Positions 1 to 11,168 of a stretch of DNA of 64,000 bases are shown one piece after another. The notes under the pieces were generated by a model that did no database searches, was not told where the DNA came from, and was given only the letters and a program-made list of their open reading frames with translations. This DNA is from Klebsormidium nitens (lineage: Eukaryota > Plantae > Klebsormidiophyceae). Location of the stretch: NCBI GenBank assembly GCA_000708835.1, contig DF236957.1:186001-250000 (forward strand), given 5' to 3'. Made by a program: the position numbers and the translations under genes. Numbering within the stretch: the stretch's first letter is position 1; each line of letters opens with the position of its first letter.

Positions 1-29
1 TTCTGATGTTGGTCAGTGCACTGGTGCAG

Positions 30-3000
30 GCCATCAAGGGCAAGCCCATAGCGTACCCTCCCCGCCCAAAGGGCCACCTGGCTTTCCTACAGTACACGTC
101 AGGCTCCACCAGTGACCCAAAAGGTACGCCAACGGACGCTGTTCGTTTTTTGCACCTGTTGGCCGACTGTGTGGACAGGTGGTTGCAATGATTTCGTCCT
201 TGATCAGAGGAGCAATAATGAGAACAACGTAACGTTCGGGTTGGAGACAGTCTGCCGAATGCTGGGCCACACACTCTTAGCATAGGGTTGAACAACTGGA
301 TCATGGATTATGTCTTCTTAGCGTTGACCACTGACCCTGTTTGCAGAAGCTACTCCAGGCAATGCAGGTTGCCAAGTCTATGATAGCTTCATCCTGTCCG
401 GGCCTTCTCTTTTGTCGACATTTCTACCGCCGTTGCATAGTTTTTGTTTGACATCGCGGTTGACATCGGCTTTCCTTCACGCCAGGTGTCATGATCACGC
501 ACGCCAACATCGCCCACAACTCGGACAACATCCGCAAGAACATCCGCCTCGATGCGCAGTCCGTCTTCTTGTCCTGGCTCCCCCAGTACCACGACCTCGG
601 GCTCATCGTCGCTTACATCAGCACGATGACAGCTGGCGCGTCAGGAATCTTCATGTCCCCCATCACGTTCATCAAGGACCCCCCCCTCTGGGTCGTCGGC
701 ATGAGCCAGTTCCGCGCGACGCACACGGCGTGCCCCAACTTTGCGCTCGAGCTGGCGGTGCGCAAGTTCCGGCCCGAGGAGCATGCGAAGAACGGGCTGG
801 ACCTGAGCCGGCTCGAAGCGATGCTCAACTGCGCGGAGCCAGGTGGGTGGGGCTCTCTTGGAAAGATCAGGGTTGTAAGTTTTCATTCCAAGCGACACGG
901 GCTGCATCAGGTTTTGGGAGGGTTCCTTATCCAAGCGATGGGCTTTGCTTCTGTTGTTGTCGCTCGGTTGGTCTTTGGTACGAGACCGGGCAAAAAGGCA
1001 CCGTTTGTCAGGACTCTTAACGGTCGATGACAGCTTGTTTATTGGACAGGGAACACTCATTGGTCTTTGGATACCACTGCCTCTTATTGCGTTTCTTGAA
1101 CAAACAGGTCATCAGTCTTGCTGTTTCTTCCCCTCCACCGTGTGCATGTTAAGAGAAGGACGCATGTACAACTTCTGCCTGGACTTGCCTCTTCTCCACA
1201 GCGCGTTTCTTCCTCTTGCCTCTCAGCCCTGCCACTAAGACTACCGACATGACCATTTTCAGTGGTCTAACTGCTCCGAAAGATCGCAGCGCAACTTTTG
1301 CCCCGTACGCTTCTGAGTTCACTGACTCGACCTGCTTGCAGTGCGCATCGACTCCATCGAGAAGTGGAACGCGACCTTCGTCCCGTACTGTTTCCACCCT
1401 GCGGCCATGTGCCCGTCTTACGGATTGGCGGAACACACCGTGGGACTCCTTTCGTGGGGCATCAAGATGGTTCCGGCCGCGAGCGGTGACGGGCTGTTGC
1501 ACTCGAGCGGGCACTGGAAATGCCAGGGAGAGGAAGAGGGGGACGCCGTTTTTGTGGATCCGGATACGCTGGAGCTGAGGGAACCGGGCCAGGTGAGGCT
1601 TCGAAGAGAACTTGTACGGGGCCTTGGGCCCAAAGAAAAGGACCCTTATGCTGAGGAGGTTTTTAAAAGTCAGGTATCTTAGGTTATGAGTTGCCTTGGA
1701 AGCCAAGGAAAGGGTTCCTTATCTTTGATTTGAGCTACCGCGCAAATAAAGGAAAGGGTCGATCGAGCAAAGAAGGCGATTGTGGAGGGTAAAGGTTGTT
1801 GTGGTTGGCTTCATGAAAACCCGTTGTCAAAGCGGAGCGGCGGCCGAGGCTGCGGGTGTCGGAGTCACCTTTTTGAAGCTGACGAGCAAACGTCATCTTT
1901 TGTGACGCAGTCGCGTTTTCTCAGGTCGGCAAGTTTCGCAAGTACAGACTACAACGATGGAAGATTAAGGCTGGGATGCAAGCTGTGGGATGGGCAGCCG
2001 AGCACGAAGGGTGTTGGTCTTTTATCTTCCTCTACTCGATGACGTCATTGTCCTCAAGCCGCATTGCCCCCAGGGTTCCTTGACACCCGCCGCTCCCTTT
2101 TCCAGGTGGGCGAGATCTGGGTGCGCAGCGCGAGTGTCGCGGCCGGCTACTGGCAGCGCCCAGAGCACACGCAGGAAGCGTTCCGCGCCAAGGTCGCCAA
2201 CAAGTCGGAGTGGGCGCACTACGACTGGCTGCGCACGGGAGATTTAGGGTTCCGGTTAGAGGACCAGCTGTTCATCTGTGGGCGGCTTAAGGACCTGATC
2301 ATCGTGCGCGGGAAGAACTACTACCCGCAGGATCTGGAGCTAGCGGCGACACTGGCGCTCGAGGAGGTGATCCGGCCGGGGTGCGTCGCCGCGTTCTCGC
2401 TGAGCGACGGGCCGGGCAAGTTCCAAGACCAGGTAACGGTTTTGTATGTTCTTGGATTCTTGGGTTGCAATGGTGGGTTTGAAGGAGTTTGCTATCTTAT
2501 CTGAACCTGTCTCGTCTGGTCGTTTCACGAAAAGATTTGGAGGTCTTCAGAATTTGTGGCCCAGGGGGCTACGGCTTTTGAGCGCGTTCTCTAAATCTGG
2601 AGAAGGAATTTGACGTTGCAAGGGTCGTGAAGGGCTTATATTTGTGCTTGAGCCGAAGTGAGAGACTCATCGTGCGACTAGGTCTTTTAAAGGAAGTGGG
2701 TGGCAAAGACCTGACTACGGGTTTGACGGGTTAGTTGGCGGATGGGTTAGTTCCTCTGGTCAAGCGTCGGTGGTCAAAATGACAGACAGCTCTTCAGCTG
2801 GGTGTGTGCCCTTGCCAGGACTCTGGTTTGGAGTTCACCAAACCCTGTGGTTCAGCCTGCAGTTACATTAACCCGTTCGTTAATCATTCGCAGGTGGGCC
2901 TGGTTGCGGAGGTCAAGAGCTCGAAGCTCCCGATGCCCCCCCAGCGCGCGATCGCGCTCATCCGACAAGCTGTGTTTTGGAGTCGACCAAACCCTTGGTT

Positions 3001-6000
3001 TCAGCCTGCAGTTAACTTTAACCCGTTCGTTAATCCTTCGCAGGTGGGCCTGGTCGCGGAGGTCAAGAGCTCGAAGCTCCCGATGCTTCCCCAGCGCGCG
3101 ATCGCGCTCATCCGACAGGCCGTCAGCGAGAAGTACGGCCTGGAGCTCGCGCAATTCGCGCTCGTCCAGCCGCGGACCATTTGCAAGACGACAAGTGGCA
3201 AGATCCAGCGAAGCAAAAACCGGGCGGCGCTCCTCGCGGGGACGCTCCAGATCATTTCGGGGGGATTGTTTGTGGACGACGGAACGCTGCCGCGGCAGGG
3301 GGGGCGAGAAGGAGCGGAGGGCGTGAGGGGGGAGGAGGGGGGGGAGAAGGACGAGACGGACCCGTTCAAGATCTTGGCGAGGTTTGGGGTTAAGGAACTT
3401 GACCGCGACGTGTTGAGCCAGGGGCTCGACTCGCTGCGGTGTATGGAGCTGCTGGCGTATCTGAAGGTGGGTTGGGGATAAGAGCAAAGGTCTCGTTGTT
3501 GGATTCTCGCTGTGGGATTGATTGACAGGATTGTTCCCACATTGGATTTATGCCATCCCCGTTAGGTCGATCCAACTTCCTCGAAGGCTGTGTTGAAAGA
3601 GAAGACTCGTTCAAAAACAAAACGAGAAAAATGGCGAATTTGTTTTTCGTCGATTCTGGCGATGCGAGTTTCTAGCAATTTGGTCCGCAGATAATGAGGC
3701 TGATGGGCAACAGGCGACTTTTGGAAGTCTCCCTGGTATCTCAACCGCCCATATGCGGTCGAGCGACAACTGCCCCACAGATGGTGTGACAGTCGTCATG
3801 CAAGCGCCGGCCCTTCGAAATGCTTCGAAAGTCGCCCGTTGCTCGCTTCTTCAACACCGTTATCGCACCCGTCTGCAGAGGCACGCCAACATCGAGATCG
3901 AGCCCACGCTTCTTGCGACGGTGCCGGCCCGCCAGCTGGTGGACGGCACGTACCAGTCAACACCCCTCCGGGTCCAGCGACCCTCCCTAGAAGCACCCCT
4001 CCAGGTAGGGTGTGCGGCTGACTTGGTTTTTCGAGTTTGTGCACTCGTATATTCAGGATCGCTCGTTCCTGTTCTGGGCGGTGTGCAGCATATTCTGTTG
4101 CTATTGAAAAATTAGGAAGAATGCAGCGGTCACAGCCTCATGCTCTGAACGCTGAACCCTCGAGAACCAACGGAGGTCCCATCTCTTTTAGGCAGATCCG
4201 CTTGCTTCCTTTCTGGGCGCATTGCATCTTCCAGATTCGTAAAGTACCAATCACAAGAGTACAGGCCTCATCTAGTCACAGCCTGAAACCCTGGAAGTAA
4301 CAATCCTCAAAACCTAACCCAGGTCGCCCTCTTCTCTCAGGGTCGCCCACTCCCGTACTTGGTAGTGTGCATCATCCAGACGGCGTTCATTTTGCTGATG
4401 GGCTTGCTCCTCGGCGCGGCCATTATTCCCACGTACCACTTCGTGGACCACGTGCTCGACACGCTCAAGACGCCCTTCTCCTACATGACCATTACCAGCG
4501 GAAACAAGGTGGGGCAGGGCCCCTTTTCCCAGGTGTTATTTGCTGCAAATTTTAATACGACGACAAAAAGGGCGGTTTCAGAATCTTAACATGGCAGGGT
4601 TTGCGAATCAGGGTCTTGGGATTCAGGGATGCAAGTTTTATAGGTTCTGTGGCAGTTGTTCTCTTGGCAGTTGTTCTCCCTCCACTTCAGCGAGTCTGCC
4701 TGTGATAAAATTGAGGGGACGGGTAGGGTTAGTATGGGGGTTAGGGTGGGTGCGGGTGCGGAGCGGGTGATTAACTGGGTTTCGATGTTAGTGTTAGCTT
4801 CGGGACCGGAGAGCTTCTCTCCAGCCACACCGAATGCTTACTTCCGCGTCTCACAAACGACTGCGAGTACAAACTTCGTGACGCAATCCCGCAATACTCA
4901 TGCAACCCATTGTTAAACAGCCCGTAGCATCGACTTACAACCCTTGTTAGGACATACATCGACCTAGGTACTACCTTTGCCTAACCGACCCGGGTTTGTC
5001 TTAACCAGGTGCACCGCCACAGCTTCCGCATCTACGGCCTGCTGCTGCCGTTCGCGGTTCCCCTCTGGATGGCAGCCTTCACCATCGAGGTGCTCATCGT
5101 CAAATGGATCGTCATCGGGCGCTACCGCCCCGGCTGCCACGCCCTTAACTCCTGGTGAGGATTGCTTTCTTTGGGATTTGTTTGGATCTGAGGGTTAAGA
5201 GTTTAAAGTTCGACGCGCAGTGGTGCCGAAAGGGCACATTCACGTCGAGGTGCTCGTCTTCAAAGGGGTTGTCATCGGGCGCTACCGCCCCGGCTGCCTC
5301 GCCCTCAACTCCTGGTGAGGTTCAACTTTTAGCTGTTTCCCTGAAGCAAAAAGAGGTCTGGAATTGAAGCTATGTAAATTTCAATTTACATGCGCCTTGG
5401 CATGAAAATGTCCCTGGTGTCCGCATCGGAAATGGTTTGTGACTGGGCGCTTCCGCCCTCGCTGCCACGCCCTCAGCTCTTAGTACTTTTAACTCTTTGC
5501 AGTAATCCCGCAGCGCCTAAGTCTGAAATAGAGCTTTCAAATTTCCATTAGACGCGCGTTATAGGCAACTTCAAGTGACGAGGCTCACTAAGTCAGTGAG
5601 ATGTTTACGGTCACGTGGATTGTCTTCGAGGCCACCGACTCAGCTTCTTCGCTCCAATTCCAATACGACCCCAGCTGTTTTGTGGGTCAAGCATTCTCTT
5701 AAAGAGGGCGTCAGATTCCAAGGTACAGTCGTGCATCTGAGTCCTGAGGACTCATCGGACGGCTCATTTTCCATCTTGAAAACTGCCTCCAGCGACCAAG
5801 GCTGCAGTACTGCGCGCTATCTGGTCGCAGGAGGGGGGCCCAGTCCCCCGACGCCCTCTTTAAGGCGTGATCATTTCTTGGAAGAAGACGTGGGCCCCAC
5901 GAATTGGGACGTCTTCTGGCAATCTTCGAAGGCTCCTGAACTTGCCAGACAACAAAAAGAGTGTGCGCTCTCAGCGTGCAGCGTTATCCTTGCATCGCAG

Positions 6001-9000
6001 TCTAAGAGCTCATCAAAACGCTCTTCTTGCGCCCTGTTTTGAAGTCCTTGTCAGGACGGAAGTTGGTATTTGAGGAAAGGTAAGAAGGAAGGACTTGACA
6101 TGTTTTGGACGGGAGGCAGTTCCCAACAGTTTCTTTTCATCGAACCGAACCGGGAAACAACTTGCTGTTTTAATCCTCAGGTATTTTTTGCGCTGGTGGT
6201 TCATGGACCGCGTGCTGTACATCTGGGAGGAGGTCGTCGGCGTCTACTGCGTCAACACGATCGTGCTGAACCTCTTCTACATATTCGGCGGCGCGCACAT
6301 CGCGTGGAGCGCCAAGCTGGGGGCTTATTTACACGAGTGGGCATTACACCACGTGGGCCCCCATGCCGAAGCCGACGGCCGGTTGGTCGCCCGGTTGATA
6401 TCCCCGGGGAGGCTGTACCTGAATAAGGTCATCGTCGGCCGCGGAGCGGTGGTTTCCGATCACACGGTCGTTCAACCGGGGGCCGTTGTCGCGCCCGGAG
6501 CAAAGCTCCGGCCGATGACGGTTCTTCTCGAGGGGAGCGCGACGGAGCCGGACGTAACGTACCAGGGCAATCCGGCCCGCGCTGTTACGCTGCGCGCACC
6601 GCTCAGTCGCGCGGGGTCGCCCAAGCGGACGAAATGCGGCCGGAGCGAAGCGGAAGTGACCGGAACGAGCGGAAAGGAATTGACCGGAACGACCGGAACG
6701 GAACTGACCGGAACGGAGGAGTCGGAGGACAAGAATTGGTGGGTGCTCGAGGCGGCGAAGATCGTGTTCGGGCTCCCGCTGAGCATCTTCCTGTTCACGT
6801 ACTGCCAGATTCCGATCATGGCGGTCTTTGAGATGATTCCGCGTGGGCGGAATCGGGCCGGAGCGGACTTTCGGTACAAGGCGCTCTTCTTCTTCGGGAC
6901 GCTCATCTTCGCGAGCATGGCCGTCGGCACGTTCATCACCATCTGCCTCAAGTGGGTGCTCTTCGGGCGCGTGCGGCCGGGTGAGTCGGCTTATGATCGC
7001 TACCTACCCTTCGCCCTTCACTTCCTTCGTTTCTTGGTTGGAGTGTGAGGTCTGCAAACTCTGGAAATGGGGGGTTACGCTATCTGCCCCGTCCTTCTCG
7101 TCGTATATACTCACAGTGTCGACCAAATGCCTCACGTAGTTGGTGATCCCTTTTCTGCTGGAACGATAGTATGTCGAGTGTGTCTTTCGGAGCGAAACAG
7201 ACAGGTTTATTTGTTCAGTCTTTCGTGGAGTGAGCGAACGTTATCGTCGATCAGGCTCTTGGCACGGGGGTATGTCTGGAATCGCTTGGGTAGTCTCTTC
7301 GCGAACAGATCTATGGAGTACTCTATTCACGATTGGATTATTTTCTACACGTGATGGTCCACTGACAAAGTGTGGCGCAAAAGCAGGCGGCAATGCGGTC
7401 AGAAAACGAGACACTTGTCTTAGCTGCTGAAGTTGACGTTCCTTTTCGGCTCACTACGTTATCCTTTCCAACAGGCCTTTGACATGACCTTTCTGGAAGG
7501 AGTTCGCAAAAGCTGATTGGACTTATTTCTGCCCCCCGCAGGCCCTTACAAGGACACCAAATGGCTCCAGTGGCGCAAGTGGTGGTTAGACCTGCTAACC
7601 GTGGTTTGCCAGCATAACCTCCTCGACGTCCTCGAGTCCAGCTTCTTCGTCAACTTCTGGCTCTCGGCGCTCGGCGCGCGCATCTGCGCGTCAACCAAGC
7701 TGCTGATCAGCTATACCATCCGGCCATACGAGGCCGACCTGCTTATTGCGGAGCCGGACACGTTTATCTCGGAGTCGTTTGTCAGCTGTGACGACGGGGA
7801 GGGCCACAGAGACCACGTGGTGTTCAAGCGAGGCTCCTGGTAAGGGTTCGTGTCGAGTATGTAAAAGGTTGTAGTTACAGAAAAAAGTCTGAACGCTGTC
7901 TACGAAAATCTTTCCGTATGTGTTTGGCTACGTGCTACTTTGGCCTGAGTTCTGATTCATTTCTCGTAGTTCGTCTTCTGCATTCAGGGGCTCAGGTTCC
8001 AAAAACAGGGTTCTAGAGGGGTTCTAGCGAACGTTGAGCTTATATTACAACCAAGTTTGCCTATGTATTCTTCATTTGAAGTGCGTTGACAAGTCTGATC
8101 GGGTCGGCTCCAACTTGTTCCGAGCGAAATCCTGAAGTAATTGTCCGCCAGGTGTCGCTAAAATCCTGTTTCGCAGACTCCCTGTTCATCCGCAAACGCT
8201 GCACCAATTAAACTCATTTGCTTCAAGCTCTTGCTCCCAATCTCACCACGAATCATCTTGGGCATCTCTTTTTCTCTCCCATTTCAGGACCGGTCTCGAC
8301 GCGGTGATCAAGCAAGGGGTGGTCGTCGGCGAGGGCTCTGGCGTTGGCGCGATCACATACGTGGAGGGCCCGCACGAGTCCTATCCTTAAACTCGCTGAT
8401 TTGTTTGTACTATCTACTCACGTTCCTCTAGGGGTTCAATCATCTTCTTTCTATTTTTATCCAGGACTGGCCTGGGCGCAGTGATTGAGCAAGGCGTGGT
8501 CGTCGGCGAGGGCTCCGGCGTCGGCGCGGTGACGTACGTGGAGGGCCCGCACGAGGCGCTGGCGGGGGAGAACGTGATGCTGTTCGGAAACCCCCCCATC
8601 GTGCTGCAGCACAAGAAGGCGCAGGAGGCCCTGAAGCGGATCAAGGTATGCGTGCCGCCTTATCCGGTCATTTCGAAGCGGTTCAGGGTGCTTGGTCGAG
8701 TCCATCATTGCCAGCTTCCGAGTTCGTAGCTTTCACCCCTGGAGCCTTTTCCGTCACCTCGTGGCCTGCTTCTGATGCGGATTACACGTAAGTTCTCCAA
8801 GTCCGTTCCCTCTCTCTTCCATCTACCCCTCTCTTCCATCTACCCTACCTGCTTCTTAAGCCCGGAAAACCGCATTTTCAGTTTTCGCACCTTGGATTTC
8901 AAGTTTTCTCCGGTCCTTCGTTCTTTAACAAGTTCACTTCCAGCTTCTGAGTAGTCGCTTCAAGCCGTTGTCTGAGCTACCGTCATTTCATCCCTCGACG

Positions 9001-10977
9001 GGACTTCCATCAACCATATTGAACCTGCTTGCCCAACCCACTCCGGTTCACTTTCAGCATGGGAGTCTGTCAAGCTTGGTCACCCTAAAACCTCTCATTC
9101 AGCTAAAACAAAGTTTCACGTCGGAAGCATCAACAACCCACTCTCTTTCCAAGAGTCGGGTCTATTCACCCGAAGGCCTCAACTTGTCGAACTTATCCCA
9201 GTTCCTTGTATTGTGCAGATTGGCACTCTGAAGCTCGTCTTCTTCCACACCGTCGTTCTCCTCCAGCGCATGGGCATCCTGGGCATCCTCGTCGTGTGCG
9301 CGATTCCGGGGCTCGAGTTCGGCATGGCGATCCACCGCAGGGGGATCCCCCTCGACGTGGAGCTACTCCTCTACGGGATTGGCATTCTGCTCTCGATTGC
9401 CACGCTCGCGGTCACGTCCATTGTGCTGAAGTGGGTCGCGCACGGGAAGTTCAGCACGGTGAGTGACCACGTCCCTGCTCTAGTGATTGCATTCGGTTTG
9501 AAGTTTGATACTTTTCACATCGTGCTGAAGTGGGTCGTGCACGAGAATCCTAGCACCTTGAGTCCTCAGTTCCGAGCTCTGTTATCTGCATCAGGTCTTA
9601 AGATGGTACTTGTCACGTTGTGCTCACGTCCGTCGGGCGCCAGTGCTTCAGCACTAACAGTGGCCGGTTTCTTGCTCTAAGTAATGCCGCGGTTTTACAA
9701 TTTGGTGCTTTCCAAACACCCGGGCAAACACCGGTCTGTTTGCCCGTCCATTATATTTTGTCTCTGCCACTTAGAAGAGCAGAATAGCGAGCGATTCATC
9801 CCCCTACTTCTTTTTTAAACTCAGCGAAAATAATTGTTGTCCGCTGGTGCAGTTTCTCAATGCTCTCCCGACCCTTTTCACATAAGAGTGACCCAAGATC
9901 TCGAAGAAAGTCGCTGAGAGGTGCGAATACATTTATGGTCCGTCGAAACAATTTCACTTGTCATGTAAAGCTTGCGCCTTTCTGATCCATGCTCAATCCT
10001 CTACAGGGTCCGCTGAAGCACTCGCTTTCGATTGGTACATACACGACCACCGACACGCTCGACAACTACATGGTCTTCCGCTTCGTGTTCCCCTTCATCA
10101 ACGGCTCTTATCTGGCGGTTCTCTTCCATCGCGCCATGGGCGGGCGCATTGGCAAGAACTGCTTCATGAACCCGGGCTCCTTCCGGGACCATGACATCAT
10201 CGCGGTCGGCGATGACGTCATCCTGGACGAGTGCCACGTGCAGGTGAGAGGAGACGTGATGCCGGGGTGTTCTGGGATTGGTTGTTCTGGTTTCGGGGGT
10301 GTTTTCAAAAACAGGAATGTTGCTTCCTGTCGACTGGTCCTATACAGACGGGGTTTTTTCAAGCAATTGTGTCCCCTGTCTTGGGGGACATGACGCACTG
10401 CTGAGAAAGGTGCGACTTGCTCGTTGGCTGTGTTTCTCAAATAGCGGCTATCGGGAACACTGCATGGCTGTTTTCTTCTCGCAAAGAGTCCCTGTCCGTC
10501 CAAAGTGAGGCTTGCTAGAGCTGCAGATTAGCCAGTCACCGGTTTTGATTCGGTCATCGTCCTACAGCGATTACAGCAGATGTCGTCAAGCTGCCACAAA
10601 TCGCTTTCAGCCCCTGTATGGAAGCTTAAGAACATAGGTCTCTGGTGCGTTCCACCCCGCATCGAAATCGCACTGCCGACCCCCGCCCGTTGTTTCTGCA
10701 GGGTCACAAGTTTGAGCACGGACACATCGCCTTTGACGTCACTGCCATCGGCTCGGGGTCCACACTGCAACCGGAGGCGATTTGCATGGCGGGAGACACG
10801 CTGGAGGACGGGGCCACGCTGGCCTCGTTAAGCAAACCCTTCCCCGGGTTACCGTGCTCTGCGGACCGGTACTGGGTGGGGTCTCCAGCGGTTAAGGCCA
10901 AGGTTATCCTGTCAAACGGGGAGGAGATGGAGGAAGCCGACAGTGGCTTGGGAGGGGGATACGATATGGATGTTTAA
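30..10977 (+). CDS. 5'-truncated multidomain protein: fatty acyl-AMP ligase (FAAL) - acyl carrier protein - three repeats of [TM helices + hexapeptide left-handed beta-helix] (TIGR02353 / Pls-like NRPS terminal domain)
   Basis: Exons 30-123, 486-842, 1342-1592, 2106-2432, 3044-3466, 3879-4004, 4341-4508, 5009-5154, 6181-6980, 7542-7839, 8465-8645, 9219-9458, 10007-10243, 10702-10977. All are GT-AG with consistent phases and total 3924 nt (1307 aa plus stop). FAAL motifs: FLQYTSGSTSDPKG, SWLPQYHDLGL, CPNFALEL, CAEP, YGLAE, GEIWVRS, WLRTGDLG, GRLKDLIIVRGKNYYPQDLE, KTTSGKIQR. ACP motif GLDSL near 3421-3435. Three modules carry KWxxxG[RK], G[AG]xI and [YFW]xG[NS]P[AP] with hexapeptide repeats. 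Confidence 0.92.
2826..3125 (+). repeat. Two-copy ~150-bp tandem duplication spanning an intron 3' end and exon start
   Basis: ACCCGTTCGTTAATCxTTCGCAG|GTGGGCCTGGTxGCGGAGGTCAAGAGCTCGAAGCTCCCGATG occurs twice, with acceptor AGs at 2892-2893 and 3042-3043 (offset 150). Confidence 0.95.
5078..5320 (+). repeat. Two-copy tandem duplication spanning an exon end and donor site
   Basis: TCGAGGTGCTC...GTCATCGGGCGCTACCGCCCCGGCTGCC..GCCCT.AACTCCTG|GTGAGG occurs twice, with donor GTs at 5155 and 5315 (offset 160). Confidence 0.95.
6653..6724 (+). repeat. Exonic 24-bp minisatellite (3 copies) encoding EVTGTSGK-ELTGTTGT-ELTGTEES
   Basis: GAAxTGACCGGAACG recurs at 6653, 6677 and 6701, in frame in the linker after the first beta-helix module. 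Confidence 0.85.
8251..8555 (+). repeat. Two-copy tandem duplication spanning an acceptor and exon start
   Basis: CAG|GAC.GG.CT.G.CGC.GTGAT..AGCAAGG.GTGGTCGTCGGCGAGGGCTC...TACGTGGAGGGCCCGCACGAG occurs twice, with acceptors at 8286-8287 and 8463-8464 (offset 177). The upstream copy runs into TAA at 8388-8390. Confidence 0.93.
9419..9563 (+). repeat. Two-copy tandem duplication of an exon end; the second donor is mutated
   Basis: CATTGTGCTGAAGTGGGTCGCGCACGGGAAGTTCAGCACG|GTGAGT versus CATCGTGCTGAAGTGGGTCGTGCACGAGAATCCTAGCACCTTGAGT (offset 99; GT changed to TT). Confidence 0.88.
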
Positions 10978-11005
10978 TTTTGATACGTCGTGAAGCGCAC
11001 GACAT

Positions 11006-11168
11006 GAGAGAAAGATGCGCATGTATTGAGGTGCTGCGGTTTGATTGGGCTGTAGAGGAGAGAGAAAGCTGCGCATATATTGAGATGCTACGGTCTGATT
11101 GAGCTGTAAAGGGGAGAGAAAGCTGCGCATAGATTGAGATGCTGCGGTCTGGTTGAGCTGTACAGGAA
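11006..11168. repeat. 54-bp tandem repeat, 3 copies, just 3' of the FAAL gene stop
   Basis: GAGAGAAAGxTGCGCATxxATTGAGxTGCTxCGGTxTGxTTGxGCTGTA starts at 11006, 11060 and 11114. Confidence 0.92.

Noticed and set aside
4317-4348. GGTCGCCC repeated on both sides of an acceptor (possible micro-duplication)
   Set aside because: Only 8 nt long, which could be chance; it was not counted among the splice-site duplications.
7985-8184. Possible MITE bounded by CAGGG...CCCTG
   Set aside because: The terminal similarity is only about 5 bp and there is no target-site duplication.
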